Origin: Nemertoderma westbladi
Lineage: Eukaryota > Animalia > Xenacoelomorpha
DNA: 35,559 nt
Reading direction: 5' to 3'
Assembly (NCBI GenBank): GCA_032718475.1
Contig: JAUCBJ010001531.1
Location: 1 to 35,559, forward strand
The position numbers were made by a program, and so were the translations under genes. Of the stretch, positions 34,660 through 35,559 are shown one piece after another. Each line of letters begins with the position of its first letter. Position 1 is the stretch's first letter. The notes beneath the pieces were generated by a model. The model saw only the letters and a list, made by a program, of their open reading frames with translations. It had not been told where the DNA came from and ran no database searches.

Positions 34660-35170
34660 GGTTCAACTTTATGGGGTGGTTAGCGGAATTGGATAAGCTA
34701 ACATTTGTGGCCACTGTCATCCCTGTCAGTGGCATTGATCGAATTCGTGTTGGGTTGGCGCCGACATTGGCATCCATGGCTCGGACCCTGGTGTCGGTAG
34801 GCATCAGTGTCATTCGATTCATTTTTAAAGACGCACATCCAGTCGTAGTGGCCAACTTTTCCGCAATGGCGACAGGTTTGATTGGCTCAAAGGCATGGAT
34901 GTCCATCTGTATGCACTCTGTACTGGCAGCAGCTGCAGGTATTCTTTTGGGATGGCCGCATTTATTTGGTGTTGAAATTGTTCTGTTTGTGGCGACCATC
35001 CACTGCTGAGACACCAAGGGGTGCGGGTAGTGTGGGTGCTGTTGCGTGTGTCTGTGGGAGACCAAGGGAGCGCGCGCCACATACTTGCGAATCTGGCGAT
35101 AAGCGGAGAAGGTGTTCTGTGACGCCTTTGTCACAAAATCCAAGTAATTTGTGCTAAATCTATGCACGCA
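34660..35170 (-). pseudogene. Gag C-terminus of the old Gypsy element with a double zinc knuckle
   Basis: Minus strand 34937-34833 reads CSCCQYRVHTDGHPCL*ANQTCRHCGKVGHYDWMC (CX2CX4HX5C then CX2CX4HX4C) with an in-frame stop. Right boundary approximate. Confidence 0.75.
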
Positions 35171-35472
35171 CTCAAAAGTTATTGTAACTTTAATATTTAC
35201 AAGGCGTATTCCAAAATGGAACTCAATATTGGTTTATGTAGTTTAGTGGCTCTCTAGTTATGTAATAAATATTCGAGAACATTGAATTATTTAACGTTGA
35301 GTAATCAGAATCAGGAGTTAAAGAGTAAGATAATTTGAATCGCAGTAACTATGGAAGCAATATAGTAAAATACTATAGTTCAATTTATTTTATAACTCTA
35401 TATCGCAGGGCTATTAGTGATAAACTTTGTATTTTTACTAAACTACAGAGTGAAATATAATATCAGAATGTC

Positions 35473-35555
35473 TGGTATTATTTCACATGGGCCAACACTG
35501 GTGCACGGAGTGCACCCTGTTTAACATTGTGGTATTATTTCACATGTGCCAACAA
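35473..35555. repeat. Short direct repeat flanking a hairpin at the window edge
   Basis: TGGTATTATTTCACATG(G/T)GCCAACA twice, with GGTGCAC-GGA-GTGCACC between. Confidence 0.6.
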
Positions 35556-35559
35556 CATT

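Noticed and set aside
35499-35520. Helitron 3' hairpin
   Set aside because: No CTRR terminus at the expected distance, and the context is cut by the window edge.

Overview
Eukaryotic, most likely invertebrate animal, genomic DNA. No prokaryotic features, CRISPR array, rRNA or tRNA were seen. Left to right: (i) the 3' end of a KRIT1/FRMD8-like FERM gene, preceded by a 47-bp tandem repeat whose unit reads as a 15-nt micro-exon plus a 32-nt GT-AG intron; (ii) a ~13.4-kb satellite of 31/34-bp monomers with nested ~1.4, ~3.4 and ~5.2 kb higher-order duplications; (iii) an AT-rich stretch with two solo LTRs, two MITEs and simple repeats; (iv) two intronless, co-oriented flagellar genes, EFCAB9 and CIMAP2/LEXM, separated by a perfect 21-bp VNTR; (v) a ~12-kb transposon nest. 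The nest holds two copies of one repeat, each carrying the empty site of the other's insertion (a 1.39-kb TG..CA element with a 5-bp TSD, and a young 5'-truncated CRE-clade LINE). It also holds RTE fragments and a decayed Gypsy element split between gag and protease by a younger pol-less LTR element related to the two solo LTRs. Protein family calls rest on motif recall, not database searches.
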